A stretch of 64,000 bases of DNA, taken from Spirochaetota bacterium. GTDB taxonomy: Bacteria; Spirochaetota; UBA4802; JAFGDQ01. Positions 21,277 to 31,498 of this stretch are shown piece after piece. Below the pieces are notes generated by a model. The model worked only from the letters and a program-made list of their open reading frames with translations. It made no database searches and was not told the origin of the DNA. The position numbers and the translations under genes were made by a program. The stretch covers positions 12,863 through 76,862 of the forward strand of contig JAZDKB010000023.1 in assembly GCA_043803405.1 (NCBI GenBank). The letters run 5' to 3'. The first letter of the stretch is position 1. Each line of letters opens with the position of its first letter.

Positions 21277-22341
21277 ATGTTGCGGGTAAAATATATATTC
21301 AGAGTATTGTTTTCGATCTGCATTTACGGCGGCTTTGCTTTCAGTGCACTGGCAGATGAAGCTCCGAAAACAGGGACGCTTAAGTTTAAAACGGACGGTA
21401 CTTTTAAAATAGTTCAGTTTACAGATATCCATAACGATAAAAACACGGATCGCAGAACGGCCGCTCTTATTGAATCTGTATGCGATGATCAACAGCCCGA
21501 TGTCGTAATACTGACCGGCGATAATATTACAGGTAAAATAAGCAGCGCAGGCAGCGTGAAAAAAGCTATAAACGGTTTCGCCAGCCTCATTAACTCGCGT
21601 AAAATACCGTGGTTTATAGCATTCGGCAATCACGATGACGACCACGCGTCCGTTACAGGCATGACTAAGGATGCCCAGCTTGAGTATTATATGTCGTTCA
21701 GTCATAACATCAACATAGACATAGAGGATAACATAACGGGCGCCGGCAATATGTTTATCAATGTATATCATTCGGATGGATATCAGACAATAGTAAAGGA
21801 CGAGCCAGCGTTTATTTTATGGGCGCTCGATTCCGGGACTTATGCTCATAAGGTTATATCCGGCCAGCCGACTGAGGGATTGCCGAAATGGGACTGGATT
21901 CGTTATGACCAGATCGAATGGTATGTTAAAAATTCAAAATCCATTGAAGCGAAATACGGAAAAGTGCCTGGGTTTATGTTTTTTCATATTCCGATATTTG
22001 AATTTTCCCTGATGTGGGATCAAAAGGAAAAGCATGGGGTCACGGGAGAGAAAAATGAAAATATCAGCTGCGGTCCTTTTAACGGAGGCCTGTTCTCGGC
22101 AATTCTTGAACGTGGCGACATTAAAGGCGTATTTTGTGGGCACGATCATGTTAATAATTACATCGGAAATTATTATGGCGTATACCTGGGGTACGCGGCC
22201 AGCGCCGGTTTCGGGCCTTATGGCCTTGGCGGAAGCGGCAGGAACAGGCTTAGAGGCGCCCGCGTATTCATTTTAAATGAGAACAATCCGGAAAACTTCG
22301 AGAGCTATATGGTTTATGCTCATGATTACGGGATCCGGTAA
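21277..22341 (+). CDS. Secreted calcineurin-like metallophosphoesterase (DCR2-like)
   Basis: FTDIH, TGDN, GNHD, FFHIP, GHDH.N; signal peptide. Confidence 0.9.
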   Translation: MLRVKYIFRVLFSICIYGGFAFSALADEAPKTGTLKFKTDGTFKIVQFTDIHNDKNTDRRTAALIESVCDDQQPDVVILTGDNITGKISSAGSVKKAINGFASLINSRKIPWFIAFGNHDDDHASVTGMTKDAQLEYYMSFSHNINIDIEDNITGAGNMFINVYHSDGYQTIVKDEPAFILWALDSGTYAHKVISGQPTEGLPKWDWIRYDQIEWYVKNSKSIEAKYGKVPGFMFFHIPIFEFSLMWDQKEKHGVTGEKNENISCGPFNGGLFSAILERGDIKGVFCGHDHVNNYIGNYYGVYLGYAASAGFGPYGLGGSGRNRLRGARVFILNENNPENFESYMVYAHDYGIR

Positions 22342-22374
22342 CAATTAAAATTTTTATACTTATATAAAAAAAAT

Positions 22375-22824
22375 ATGAGACGTATATGCTCCATATTCTT
22401 TATAGCCCTATTTTTTGTAATTATAAACTGTAATACAAATGCAAATGAATACTTTGTTGCCGAGCTGGAAGAGCTGTGCGCACTAAGACAAAAAAATAAT
22501 GAAAAAGAAAAAGAATTAAAATATCAATATCACAAATTTAATCCATCAGCAGATTTTTTTAATGATAATAAATTATTCTGCAGTACTGACATTATTCCGA
22601 AAGACTACGAGGTGGAAACTCTTTTTAAATCCGGCAATCCGCTTAATCAAAAATTGGCAAAATGGATGCTTCTCTACAGAGATGAGAATGTAAGGTCAGT
22701 TATACGGACGTGGTACGTTATTAAATCCGCGTTATCTTTCAATAAAAACCAATGCTCGATAAGATTCGATTATGAACAGGAATGCCTGCAATTACAGGCC
22801 GAGCTTTTACTGGAATTTAAATAA
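22375..22824 (+). CDS. Hypothetical exported protein/lipoprotein
   Basis: Signal peptide ending IINC. Confidence 0.55.
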   Translation: MRRICSIFFIALFFVIINCNTNANEYFVAELEELCALRQKNNEKEKELKYQYHKFNPSADFFNDNKLFCSTDIIPKDYEVETLFKSGNPLNQKLAKWMLLYRDENVRSVIRTWYVIKSALSFNKNQCSIRFDYEQECLQLQAELLLEFK

Positions 22825-22859
22825 GAGAATTATTAAATTTACCGGAAATAACTTTTATC

Positions 22860-24197
22860 ATGAGTAATTTATTCAATAGTATAGTTTTACTTTTATTGAT
22901 TTATTACGGTTGTGATAAAAGTAATTATAATTTATTAAACAAGACATTAATAGAAAATGTGAATTCAAATTCACTGTTCAGCATTTCTTCCGAAAGATTT
23001 TCCGGCGGAAGAATGGAGAATGAAATAAGCGCTGATAAATTGGCACACTACTGGGCGCCTGTTCATTACCAGGCATTTGAAGAAGCGGGAAGCGATTGCG
23101 CAAGACCGGATTTTATAACCCGGATCGACAGGGATTTGCCGGGCCGTTCCGGAGGGCTGTGGGATTTAGCTGAAAACTGGGATAAAGGTTTATCTTATCC
23201 ATTAAGAGCTTATGTATATTATTCGGTAGTCGTATCGGAATCACATTTTTTTATAACTTACAGTTTTTATCATCCATGGGATACCGAGGTCCTGGGTTTT
23301 AACGAAACAGGATCGGGTATATTTCTCAGGGCAAGAGTTGACTGGAACAGGAACGATATGGAAGGGGTCTTGTTCGTCGTCAAAAGAAACGGAAGTTACG
23401 GCACCCTGGATTGTGTTTTTACGCAGGGGCACGGATATTTGCACACATATTTCCCAATGGGTTCTCAGGACTTTTTTTTCGCAAAAGGAGAAGGCTCAAG
23501 AAGAAGGCGCCCTTTCCCTTTGCAGTTTATTGATATCGGTGATGGAATACCAAGAGTTAAAACAAGCCAGGAAGCCGGTGGGCACGGCGCCGGATGCCTG
23601 CCGGACTGGGGATCGCCGTCGCCTGGCAGGCCAGACTACAACATATATAAGCAAGGCCGGCCGACGGCCGGAACAGGTAAATACATTGTTTATTATCCGG
23701 GCAAAAAACCTGCGGAAGAACCGGATATAAAAAGTAAACGAATATGCAGATATAATCTGATAGACATATTTGATCCCGAACATGGTCTCTGGAAGCAGCG
23801 AGGCAATGTGAAAATTTTTGAAGAACATTCAGCCTCCTTCATTGGCGATCATTCTTGCGCTCCATGGTCGTGGCGAGGCGATAAGGAAACCGTCAATGAA
23901 AGCGATATTCCGGGATTTTTAAAGCATTTCAATAAATTGTGTAATACATGTACTGGAATGACGCTTATTGAAATTGCAAATAACGGAGCAGGCAGACTAA
24001 ACCTTGTTTATGCTGAAAAGAATATGGTTGTAAAAGATAAACAGCCCTGGACACACCGGCCTGCGGATCTGTGCAGGGTATATATCCGGAATTTAAATCC
24101 AGGCATGGAACCGGTTTCTTATTTTTCAAATAAATATTCAGTAAATAAATACCTTGCAGATGATATAAAAATCTGTATTAGGAAGGATAAAAATTAA
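22860..24197 (+). CDS. Hypothetical lipoprotein
   Basis: 445 aa; signal ending YYGC; AHYWAP, YYSVV, FYHPWD, NDMEG motifs. Confidence 0.7.
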   Translation: MSNLFNSIVLLLLIYYGCDKSNYNLLNKTLIENVNSNSLFSISSERFSGGRMENEISADKLAHYWAPVHYQAFEEAGSDCARPDFITRIDRDLPGRSGGLWDLAENWDKGLSYPLRAYVYYSVVVSESHFFITYSFYHPWDTEVLGFNETGSGIFLRARVDWNRNDMEGVLFVVKRNGSYGTLDCVFTQGHGYLHTYFPMGSQDFFFAKGEGSRRRRPFPLQFIDIGDGIPRVKTSQEAGGHGAGCLPDWGSPSPGRPDYNIYKQGRPTAGTGKYIVYYPGKKPAEEPDIKSKRICRYNLIDIFDPEHGLWKQRGNVKIFEEHSASFIGDHSCAPWSWRGDKETVNESDIPGFLKHFNKLCNTCTGMTLIEIANNGAGRLNLVYAEKNMVVKDKQPWTHRPADLCRVYIRNLNPGMEPVSYFSNKYSVNKYLADDIKICIRKDKN

Positions 24198-25333
24198 TCC
24201 GAATTGTTTTCTTTGTCTTTGGTTCGTTTTTGTCTGTACAGAATTCCTGCAACAAGTACGGTAAAAGGCGCCACTGTAATTACTCCGAAACTGCCTACAA
24301 GAATATTCAGCACCTCTGCCGCGACAAATGGAGCGTTAAGCAGGTTTTCCGCAGGCAATCCCTTTCCGAGGAAAATCATGAACATTGTTATGTGGCTGCC
24401 AGAATAAGCAAGAAGCAGGGTGGTGGTCATTGTACCGGTAACCGCCCTGCCGACGCGCAAGCCGGATTTCATGTGCTCAACAAAACCGATATCGGGATTC
24501 TGTAATTTCAGCTCGTGCATTGTAGCGGCAATATCCATGGACAGGTCCATTATGGCTCCCGAGCATGCGATGAACACGCTAGCAATAAAAATATCGGTTA
24601 AATTCAGCTCGTAAAAGCCTGAGTAAAGCAGCATCTCGGCGAACGGCCGCACCGCACCGTGCATGTGGAACATGCTGTTAAACCACGCGGCTAGCCCGCA
24701 CGTAACAACTACTCCCAGCATGGAACCGATAAATGTTATAAGTCCGCGTTTATTAAGCCCGCCTACCGAAAAGCAGATCACAGCCATAAGAATTGCTACA
24801 ATTCCAAGTCCTGCCGGTATTGGCGAATAACCCTGTAGCAGCAGGGGAAAGTACAGTTTCCATAAAATCATGGCTGAAAATATGAACGAGAGAGCGGCTT
24901 TTAGTCCGGTTACACCGGCCACTGCGAAAAGAAGCAAAGTAAAAAGACATATAAGTACAAATTGCAGCCTGAGTCGGTAATAACCCCGCGCAATCGCATT
25001 ATATGGTTTTCCGTCGCGTATATTATATTCAACAAGAATGGTACCGCCTTTTTCGTAAAACTCGTCCAGTTCGAGTTTGCCTGTAAGCATATTAACGACC
25101 TGAATATATTCTCCTTCGTGCGGACCATTCAGAAGATTTACCGTAAGGAACTGTGCATTCGTTTTTATTATCAGGTTTATTCTGACACGGCTGTTGTCCA
25201 CATCCGTAATCAGAGCGCGGCATCGAACGCCGCTCCGGGCAGGCGGTATTTCCCCCAGATCGATAAATGCGAGCGCAATGCACAGACATATAATTATAAA
25301 AGAAAAAAGCCATTCGCGGCGAATATTTATCAT
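24194..25333 (-). CDS. YibE/F family membrane protein
   Basis: GAIMDLSMDIA, GTMTTTLLLAYSG. Confidence 0.85.
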   Translation of the reverse strand: MINIRREWLFSFIIICLCIALAFIDLGEIPPARSGVRCRALITDVDNSRVRINLIIKTNAQFLTVNLLNGPHEGEYIQVVNMLTGKLELDEFYEKGGTILVEYNIRDGKPYNAIARGYYRLRLQFVLICLFTLLLFAVAGVTGLKAALSFIFSAMILWKLYFPLLLQGYSPIPAGLGIVAILMAVICFSVGGLNKRGLITFIGSMLGVVVTCGLAAWFNSMFHMHGAVRPFAEMLLYSGFYELNLTDIFIASVFIACSGAIMDLSMDIAATMHELKLQNPDIGFVEHMKSGLRVGRAVTGTMTTTLLLAYSGSHITMFMIFLGKGLPAENLLNAPFVAAEVLNILVGSFGVITVAPFTVLVAGILYRQKRTKDKENNSD

Positions 25334-25430
25334 TGCAGACCCTTGCTGTAGTTAAATGTTTTACTTGTAAAATCAAATGCGGAAAACGAAATAAAGAAGC
25401 GCCGGATTTTAATTAGAACCGGATTAACGT

Positions 25431-25465
25431 AAGCCTGCGCCGATGATAAGGTTCGGCGCAGGCTT
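25431..25465. terminator. GC-rich hairpin downstream of alkaline phosphatase
   Basis: AAGCCTGCGCCGA / TCGGCGCAGGCTT, 13-bp stem. Confidence 0.55.
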
Positions 25466-25501
25466 GTTTATATTTCCGATGTCAGTTTGCCTTAAAAATT
25501 T

Positions 25502-27031
25502 TTATTTTTCAACAGGCAGTGAGAACCAGATATTCATTGATTTTGCCAGTTTTTTTGCGATATCCGTATTGTCGTAAAATCCATTAAACAGTTTTGAATC
25601 CGTGCCTATTGAATATACAGGCACAGGCACTCCCGTATGCGAATACGTTGTCCATCCTATACTGGCCCTTTCGTTCAGAATATGCGTAATTGTCACTATT
25701 ATCGGTTCATAGGTTCCATACAGAAGCGCGTTCTCCGAAGAGCTGTTGCTGTTCGATCCGCACATGGATTTATCGTACGCGTCTTCCAGTTTCTTTTTCT
25801 GATAATCGTTAAGAGTAGTATAATCAAGGCCGAAAAGGTCGTTCATAAGAGCGGTCATTTCAGGGTTTGTTGCCAGGTTATCGGATTGAGTGTAATTATA
25901 GCCTGAACTGTAATTGTATTTGTGCTCTTTCCACTGGTTTGCCGCGAAGTACTGGAAACTGCATTTCTGGTTGAGCAGCCGGTCGTAATATGCACTATAA
26001 GCAGTAGTGGCGTGTCCAATTGTCATGCCGCCTGTTTCATGGTCACCTGTAATAACGATGAGAGTTTCGTGAGGGTGCTTTTTATAAAACTCGAGAGCTG
26101 CACCGATCGCGTTATCGAAGTCCAGCATATCGCCAATTGTAGCCATTGCGTCGTTCGCGTGGCATGCCCAGTCAATTTTCCCGCCTTCAACCATCAGGAA
26201 GAAACCCTGCTTGCCTTTGCACCTGGAGTTGTAAAGAGACGCGATTGCAACTTCGGTCATTTCCTTTAAAGAAAGATTGGTGTCCGGACGGTCGATCTCG
26301 TACGGCATCGCGGCCGAATCCTGTAGCCATGGATTGATGCAGACGACCTTGTTCTTCGGACTCTTCTTCAGAGCCATTATGGAAGCGCGGTCGTTTAATA
26401 CAGTATAACCTTTCTGGTTCAGCAAATTCCAGATGTTATTGCTTGTGTCGCCTGTACGGGCAGGTCCCGTGGGAGAAGCAAATCCGCCGCCGCCAAAGAA
26501 CTCGTAACCAGTTTCGGTCAGTTGTGTGGCTATGTTGTTCATGTAGCCCCTGTTTGCCACGCTTGCGTAATACGAAGCTGGTGTCGCGTGGTCAAGCGAA
26601 ACGCTGGTGATTATTCCGACTTTCATGCCTCTTTCGGATGCCAGCTCCGCGATACTCTTGTATTTTCTTGTTGCGGTTTCGTCCATGCCGATAACTCCGC
26701 TCATGGTTTTAGTGCCGCAGGCGAACGCTGTTCCGGCAGATGCAGAATCCGTCATCAGCGCGTGCGCATCATAGGTTGTCTGCATTCCCTGAACCGGCAG
26801 TTTTGACATGTTAAGACGGTTTTTCTGCTTCAGAAGATCGGAAGCTAAAGTTGCCGACCCGCCGTTCATGGTAGTTAAATATGCCTCAGTAGCCTGGATT
26901 TGCGCGCTAGCCATACCGTCGCCCAGGAAAAAGAAAACATACTTCGGCACCCCGCCCGCAACAGCCATCCCGGCCGAGAAGACGATTAAAACGCTCACAA
27001 CGAAAAGCCTGAACAGGATTTTTCGTTTCAT
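25502..27031 (-). CDS. phoA: Alkaline phosphatase
   Basis: GDGM, TDSASAGTA (catalytic Ser), HATPA, VEGGKID.ACH.ND, GDHETGG. Confidence 0.93.
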   Translation of the reverse strand: MKRKILFRLFVVSVLIVFSAGMAVAGGVPKYVFFFLGDGMASAQIQATEAYLTTMNGGSATLASDLLKQKNRLNMSKLPVQGMQTTYDAHALMTDSASAGTAFACGTKTMSGVIGMDETATRKYKSIAELASERGMKVGIITSVSLDHATPASYYASVANRGYMNNIATQLTETGYEFFGGGGFASPTGPARTGDTSNNIWNLLNQKGYTVLNDRASIMALKKSPKNKVVCINPWLQDSAAMPYEIDRPDTNLSLKEMTEVAIASLYNSRCKGKQGFFLMVEGGKIDWACHANDAMATIGDMLDFDNAIGAALEFYKKHPHETLIVITGDHETGGMTIGHATTAYSAYYDRLLNQKCSFQYFAANQWKEHKYNYSSGYNYTQSDNLATNPEMTALMNDLFGLDYTTLNDYQKKKLEDAYDKSMCGSNSNSSSENALLYGTYEPIIVTITHILNERASIGWTTYSHTGVPVPVYSIGTDSKLFNGFYDNTDIAKKLAKSMNIWFSLPVEK

Positions 27032-27117
27032 TTTATTTTACCTCCCTTTAATTTGTGATTATTGTGAGTAATCAAGGCAGGCTGAAATGAAATAATTATA
27101 AAAATAATATATTTTTA

Positions 27118-27133
27118 ATGAAAATATTATGAC
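27118..27133 (-). promoter_or_regulatory. Pho-box-like direct repeat upstream of phoA
   Basis: Minus strand GTCAT-AATATT-TTCAT, 11-bp period. Confidence 0.5.
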
Positions 27134-27181
27134 TCATCTCAAAATTAAGTTTTATATTCGATAAAAAAAGGGAGGTTTAAC

Positions 27182-28819
27182 TCAGAATTTTTTTATCAGC
27201 AGCACCTGGTTGCCGGTATCATTGTATTTAATTTCGTTAAAGATATCTTTTGACATTAAAATGCCTCTTCCATGCTGGCTGTCGTTTGCATTTTCAAGAG
27301 ATACTTCCTTGTTTAACGCGCTTTTGTGATCAAATCCGTTTCCCTGATCGGCAATTTTGAATACAGCTTTATCCGGATCAATCTGGTATTCGATTACGAC
27401 TTTTTTATTCGCGATTACGGGATCGTTTCTCCGGTCTTCAATTAATTTGCGGTATGTATCGTTTATCAATGCTTCGCTTTTTTCCTCATACGTTATGCCA
27501 AGGTTCCCGTGCTCTATTGCGTTTAAAATCATTTCACGCAGTCCGAGACGTAAAAGCTGTATTTCCTGCGGCTCCATATATTTTTTTAAATGCTTTATCA
27601 TGTTATAGGTTACATCATCCACCAGGGTTAAATAATTTTCGATCTCAAATTTTTGCTTTTCCGAAATAAAATATTTTGACAGCGTATCTTCAATAAGGGG
27701 AGAGATGATGCCGTGGATTTCGTTTCTTCCTTCTATTTCAATAAATTCCATTTTTACGTTCATTTCCCTGGGTTCTGATGCAAAGGATGATGTAAACTGT
27801 GCAATAAAATTTACTGGCTTCATTTCTCTTAAGAAGTTTTCGAGTTTTTCTTTTATTAATAAATTGGAAGATGTCCTGCCGTTGGACCCCATGTTCAATA
27901 AACTTAAGAAGTTCAGCGATTTGACCTTCTCCTGGCTTATTTTTAAATGAGTGCGTATGGCTTTGTTTACAGTGATGAAATTCCAGTCTTCACTTAAGGA
28001 AAAAATAATATCATTCGAATTTTCTACTAAAAGCCTGTATTTTTTTTCCGAAAGGCTGATCTGTATATTTGCTTCATTAAGCAATTCCTCTGCCTTTATT
28101 CTTTCCAGAATTTCCGTTTTTAAATCCGAGTTGGCCTTTGTTAATTCGCTTGTCCTTTCCTGTATGCGTTTTTCCAGTTCCTTGTGAATCATTAATATTC
28201 TTTTTGCAAGGTAAGCTCCCATTAATATTACAGATAATGAAATTAAAATTAAAGAGAACAGAACAAGTGTAAAATACCGGTTATTTATGTATTTTATTTT
28301 ATCTCCGGCCGCGTTTTCTATTTTAATTACCAGTTCATCCATTTGCGAAAGGGCTGAATCGTTTTTTCCTTTGGATATCGACAGAACTTCCCGCTTATTT
28401 TTAAAATTCGAATCAACCAGCTTTTCAGTAAGAATCAGATATTCTAATGTAATTTCTTTATGCCGTGACCGAAATGTGTCTATATCGCCGGGTATGGACT
28501 GGAAATCGCTGCATAAAAGTTTAAGATTAAATAAAGCATCCTGCACTTTATCCGCAAAAACAGTAAAGGAATGATAATTCTTTTTGTATTCCGGGAAATC
28601 TTCACCCTGAAGCACCATAATAGTCCATAAATGAAACTGGTTTTGAAAATATATTTGCGACTCGCGTGCCAGGTTAACCGCTTCGATGTAATATGAAGTC
28701 TGTTTATAGGAATTTTTAAGAGTATAAAGTCCTGAAAGACCGCTTACGAGAAGCAGCAGCAGGAATACCGAAATGCCGGTAATTAATAATTTCGTCGTTA
28801 GTTTAGTTTTTGTTTCCAT
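27182..28819 (-). CDS. Membrane sensor with PAS and RsbW-like HATPase output domain
   Basis: Two TMs, ENSNDII PAS start, REMILNAIEHGN, DQGNGF, HGRGI. Confidence 0.85.
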   Translation of the reverse strand: METKTKLTTKLLITGISVFLLLLLVSGLSGLYTLKNSYKQTSYYIEAVNLARESQIYFQNQFHLWTIMVLQGEDFPEYKKNYHSFTVFADKVQDALFNLKLLCSDFQSIPGDIDTFRSRHKEITLEYLILTEKLVDSNFKNKREVLSISKGKNDSALSQMDELVIKIENAAGDKIKYINNRYFTLVLFSLILISLSVILMGAYLAKRILMIHKELEKRIQERTSELTKANSDLKTEILERIKAEELLNEANIQISLSEKKYRLLVENSNDIIFSLSEDWNFITVNKAIRTHLKISQEKVKSLNFLSLLNMGSNGRTSSNLLIKEKLENFLREMKPVNFIAQFTSSFASEPREMNVKMEFIEIEGRNEIHGIISPLIEDTLSKYFISEKQKFEIENYLTLVDDVTYNMIKHLKKYMEPQEIQLLRLGLREMILNAIEHGNLGITYEEKSEALINDTYRKLIEDRRNDPVIANKKVVIEYQIDPDKAVFKIADQGNGFDHKSALNKEVSLENANDSQHGRGILMSKDIFNEIKYNDTGNQVLLIKKF

Positions 28820-29041
28820 TCTAGTTCGATGCTAATCGCTAATTACAAAAAAATTTTACAGGTAATAATATCCATATAAGGTGATATAGAAAGGGGAATG
28901 AATTATGAGAGGATATTCTTATAAAAATATGAAGATTTTTTATTCAAAAAGTTAAAAAGATATGAATTTATATTTTTTGGGTGAGTTGCAGTACACCGGC
29001 ACATTTGTTTTTTTTGTTAATAGTGCCCAAAATTTTCTGCC

Positions 29042-31303
29042 TTATTTTAAATGCCGGTTTAAAAGTTCGGAGAGTTCGCTTTTTCTGAACGGCTTGGTTA
29101 TGCTGTCTGTAAATCCGTATTCCACAGGTTGCGACATTACCGGATCTTCCGAATATCCGCTTGTCGCAAATACAGGCATCTCCGCGCCATTGCTGCGGAG
29201 TACGGCTATTGTTTCCAGTCCTCCCATTCCAGCGCTGTTTGTAAGATCAAGAAGCATTGCTTTTATATGTATATTATTTTTAACTGATGATAAATACTGA
29301 TCCAGTGTTTCATTCCCATTACTCGTTTTTATAACCATATATCCCATTTCTTTAAGCATTTCTTCAGTGACATCGCGCATGTTGTCTTTATCGTCCATAA
29401 TAATTAGTGTGCCGCTACCGCTGTGAACTGATCTGCTCCGCGATATAGAATCCGCCAGATTTCCGGCGGAAGCCGGAAGAAATATATGGAATGTTGTTCC
29501 ATGCCCGGGTTCGGATTCAACCCGGATGAAACCTTCGTGTTTTTGGATGATGGAATAGGACGTTGCAAGGCCAAGCCCTGTGCCTTCTTTTTTAGTAGTA
29601 AAAAACGGATCAAATATTTTTGGCAATATGTCGGCGGGTATACCTGTGCCGGTATCCGCAATTGATATTTTTATAAATCTGCAGTTATTGGTGTTGCTGC
29701 TTTTTTGCATCCGGATGAGTTCGTTTCTTTCAGTGTTTTTTGCAGTAATAGTAATTTTCCCCCTGCCGGGCATTGCCTGCTTTGCATTTATAAGTAAGTT
29801 ATTTATAACCTGGCCCAGTTGATTTTCGTCAAAATCGCATAGCCACAGATCTTCAGAAATATTTAGATCGCAGGAAACATTCGCGCCGCTTAAAGCGAAT
29901 TTAGAACATTCCATAAGAATGGATTTTAACTCGCCTGTTTTACGCACAGGTAATCCGCCTTTAGCAAATGTTAAAAGCTGATGCGTAAGGTCTTTTGCTT
30001 TATTAAAACTCTGGAGGGCAGTCTCGAGATATTCCTTATAATCTGCATCGCCAGGGCCGGCATCCTTTGAAAGTTCTATATAACCATAAATAACGCTCAG
30101 GAGGTTATTAAAGTCATGAGCTATGCCTCCGGCAAGTATACCGAGCGACTCCAGTTTGTCTGCTCGTTGCAGGTTTTCCTTTATAGCCTGCTTTTCAGTG
30201 ATATCACTGAAAACAAGCACTACGCCGATTGTTTTACTGTTCTTATCATTTATGGGCGCGCCGCTTTCAGTAATTACTTTTTCCGATCCGTCGCGCGATA
30301 TCAGAAGTGTGTGGTTTGATAGTTCAATAACATTGCCTGTGGAAAGAACGCGTTCTACCGGGTTCTGACCTGGTTTGCGGGTTAATTCATTTATAATGCG
30401 GAAAATATCAGCCAGGTCTTTGCCTTTTGCCTCGTTCAATGTCCATCCCGTCAGCTTTTCCGCGACTTTATTCATTATCATTATTTTGCCTAAAAGGTCT
30501 GTCGTAATAACTCCGTCGCCTATACTTCGGAGGGTAACAGCAAGAAGTTCCTTTTCCCCGGCAAGATTTTCCTCTGTCTTTATCCTTTCTGAAATTTCTT
30601 TTTTTAAATCCGCATTGGCCTTTGTTAATTCATTTGTTCTTTCTTTTATGCGGATTTCCAGTTGATCCTGTATCGTCAATATTTTCTTTGCAAAATATAA
30701 GCCCAATAGAATAGCGTATACAGAAAGAATTATAAGCATGGTAAGCGTCAGCGAAAAATAAAAATTATTAATGCGTTCTATTTCCTTATCAGCTGCGTCT
30801 TCTATTTTTGCAACTATGTAATCCATTTCCGAGACTGCAATTTCGTCTTTTCCTTTTGATAACCCGATAATTTCTTTTTTTGTTTTAAAATTGGATTCAA
30901 CAAGTTTTTCGATAAGGGACATATAGTCCATGGTGATTTGTTTATGCGTAAGGCGCAATTCCGCTATCTCATCCGGTATATCTTTAAAATTACTGCACAA
31001 TAGCTTAAGATTAAACAGTGTATCCTGAACTTTATCCGAAAATCGTGTAAACGAATGATAATTAGCCTGGTATTCTGAAAAATTTTCTCCCTGGAAAATA
31101 ATATTATTCCATGAATATAATTGATTTTGGAAATATACCTGGGATTCCCGCGCGAGATTGACAGCTTGAATGTAATGAACTGTTTCCGTATACGAATTTT
31201 TTATTATGTAAAGCCCTATAAAACCGCTTAGTAAAATAAGAATTAAAAAAGTCGAAATTACAGAAATTAATAATTTTTTAGTACGTTTGGTTATCGGTCT
31301 CAT
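29042..31303 (-). CDS. Hybrid sensor histidine kinase (TM sensor, PAS, HisKA, HATPase, REC)
   Basis: IAHDFNN, NAKQA, DTGTGI, FFTTK, GTGLGL, C-terminal receiver. Confidence 0.93.
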   Translation of the reverse strand: MRPITKRTKKLLISVISTFLILILLSGFIGLYIIKNSYTETVHYIQAVNLARESQVYFQNQLYSWNNIIFQGENFSEYQANYHSFTRFSDKVQDTLFNLKLLCSNFKDIPDEIAELRLTHKQITMDYMSLIEKLVESNFKTKKEIIGLSKGKDEIAVSEMDYIVAKIEDAADKEIERINNFYFSLTLTMLIILSVYAILLGLYFAKKILTIQDQLEIRIKERTNELTKANADLKKEISERIKTEENLAGEKELLAVTLRSIGDGVITTDLLGKIMIMNKVAEKLTGWTLNEAKGKDLADIFRIINELTRKPGQNPVERVLSTGNVIELSNHTLLISRDGSEKVITESGAPINDKNSKTIGVVLVFSDITEKQAIKENLQRADKLESLGILAGGIAHDFNNLLSVIYGYIELSKDAGPGDADYKEYLETALQSFNKAKDLTHQLLTFAKGGLPVRKTGELKSILMECSKFALSGANVSCDLNISEDLWLCDFDENQLGQVINNLLINAKQAMPGRGKITITAKNTERNELIRMQKSSNTNNCRFIKISIADTGTGIPADILPKIFDPFFTTKKEGTGLGLATSYSIIQKHEGFIRVESEPGHGTTFHIFLPASAGNLADSISRSRSVHSGSGTLIIMDDKDNMRDVTEEMLKEMGYMVIKTSNGNETLDQYLSSVKNNIHIKAMLLDLTNSAGMGGLETIAVLRSNGAEMPVFATSGYSEDPVMSQPVEYGFTDSITKPFRKSELSELLNRHLK

Positions 31304-31363
31304 GTTTTAATTTTTTTATAATGAATTATTCACCGGCAGCTAATTATGCAGAATATTAAAAGA

Positions 31364-31397
31364 AACTGCCCGGCTGACGCGGTGTCTCCGGGCAGTT
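31364..31397 (-). terminator. Probable intrinsic terminator after the MCP gene
   Basis: AACTGCCCGG / CCGGGCAGTT stem followed by T-rich sequence on the minus strand. Confidence 0.55.
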
Positions 31398-31498
31398 GGT
31401 GGTAACTAGTGAGGTTACAAAAGAAATATTCTCATATCGAATATAGGAAAAAGATATTGGGATAATTTGTGAAAATTATAAATTAAATATAAATCGTT

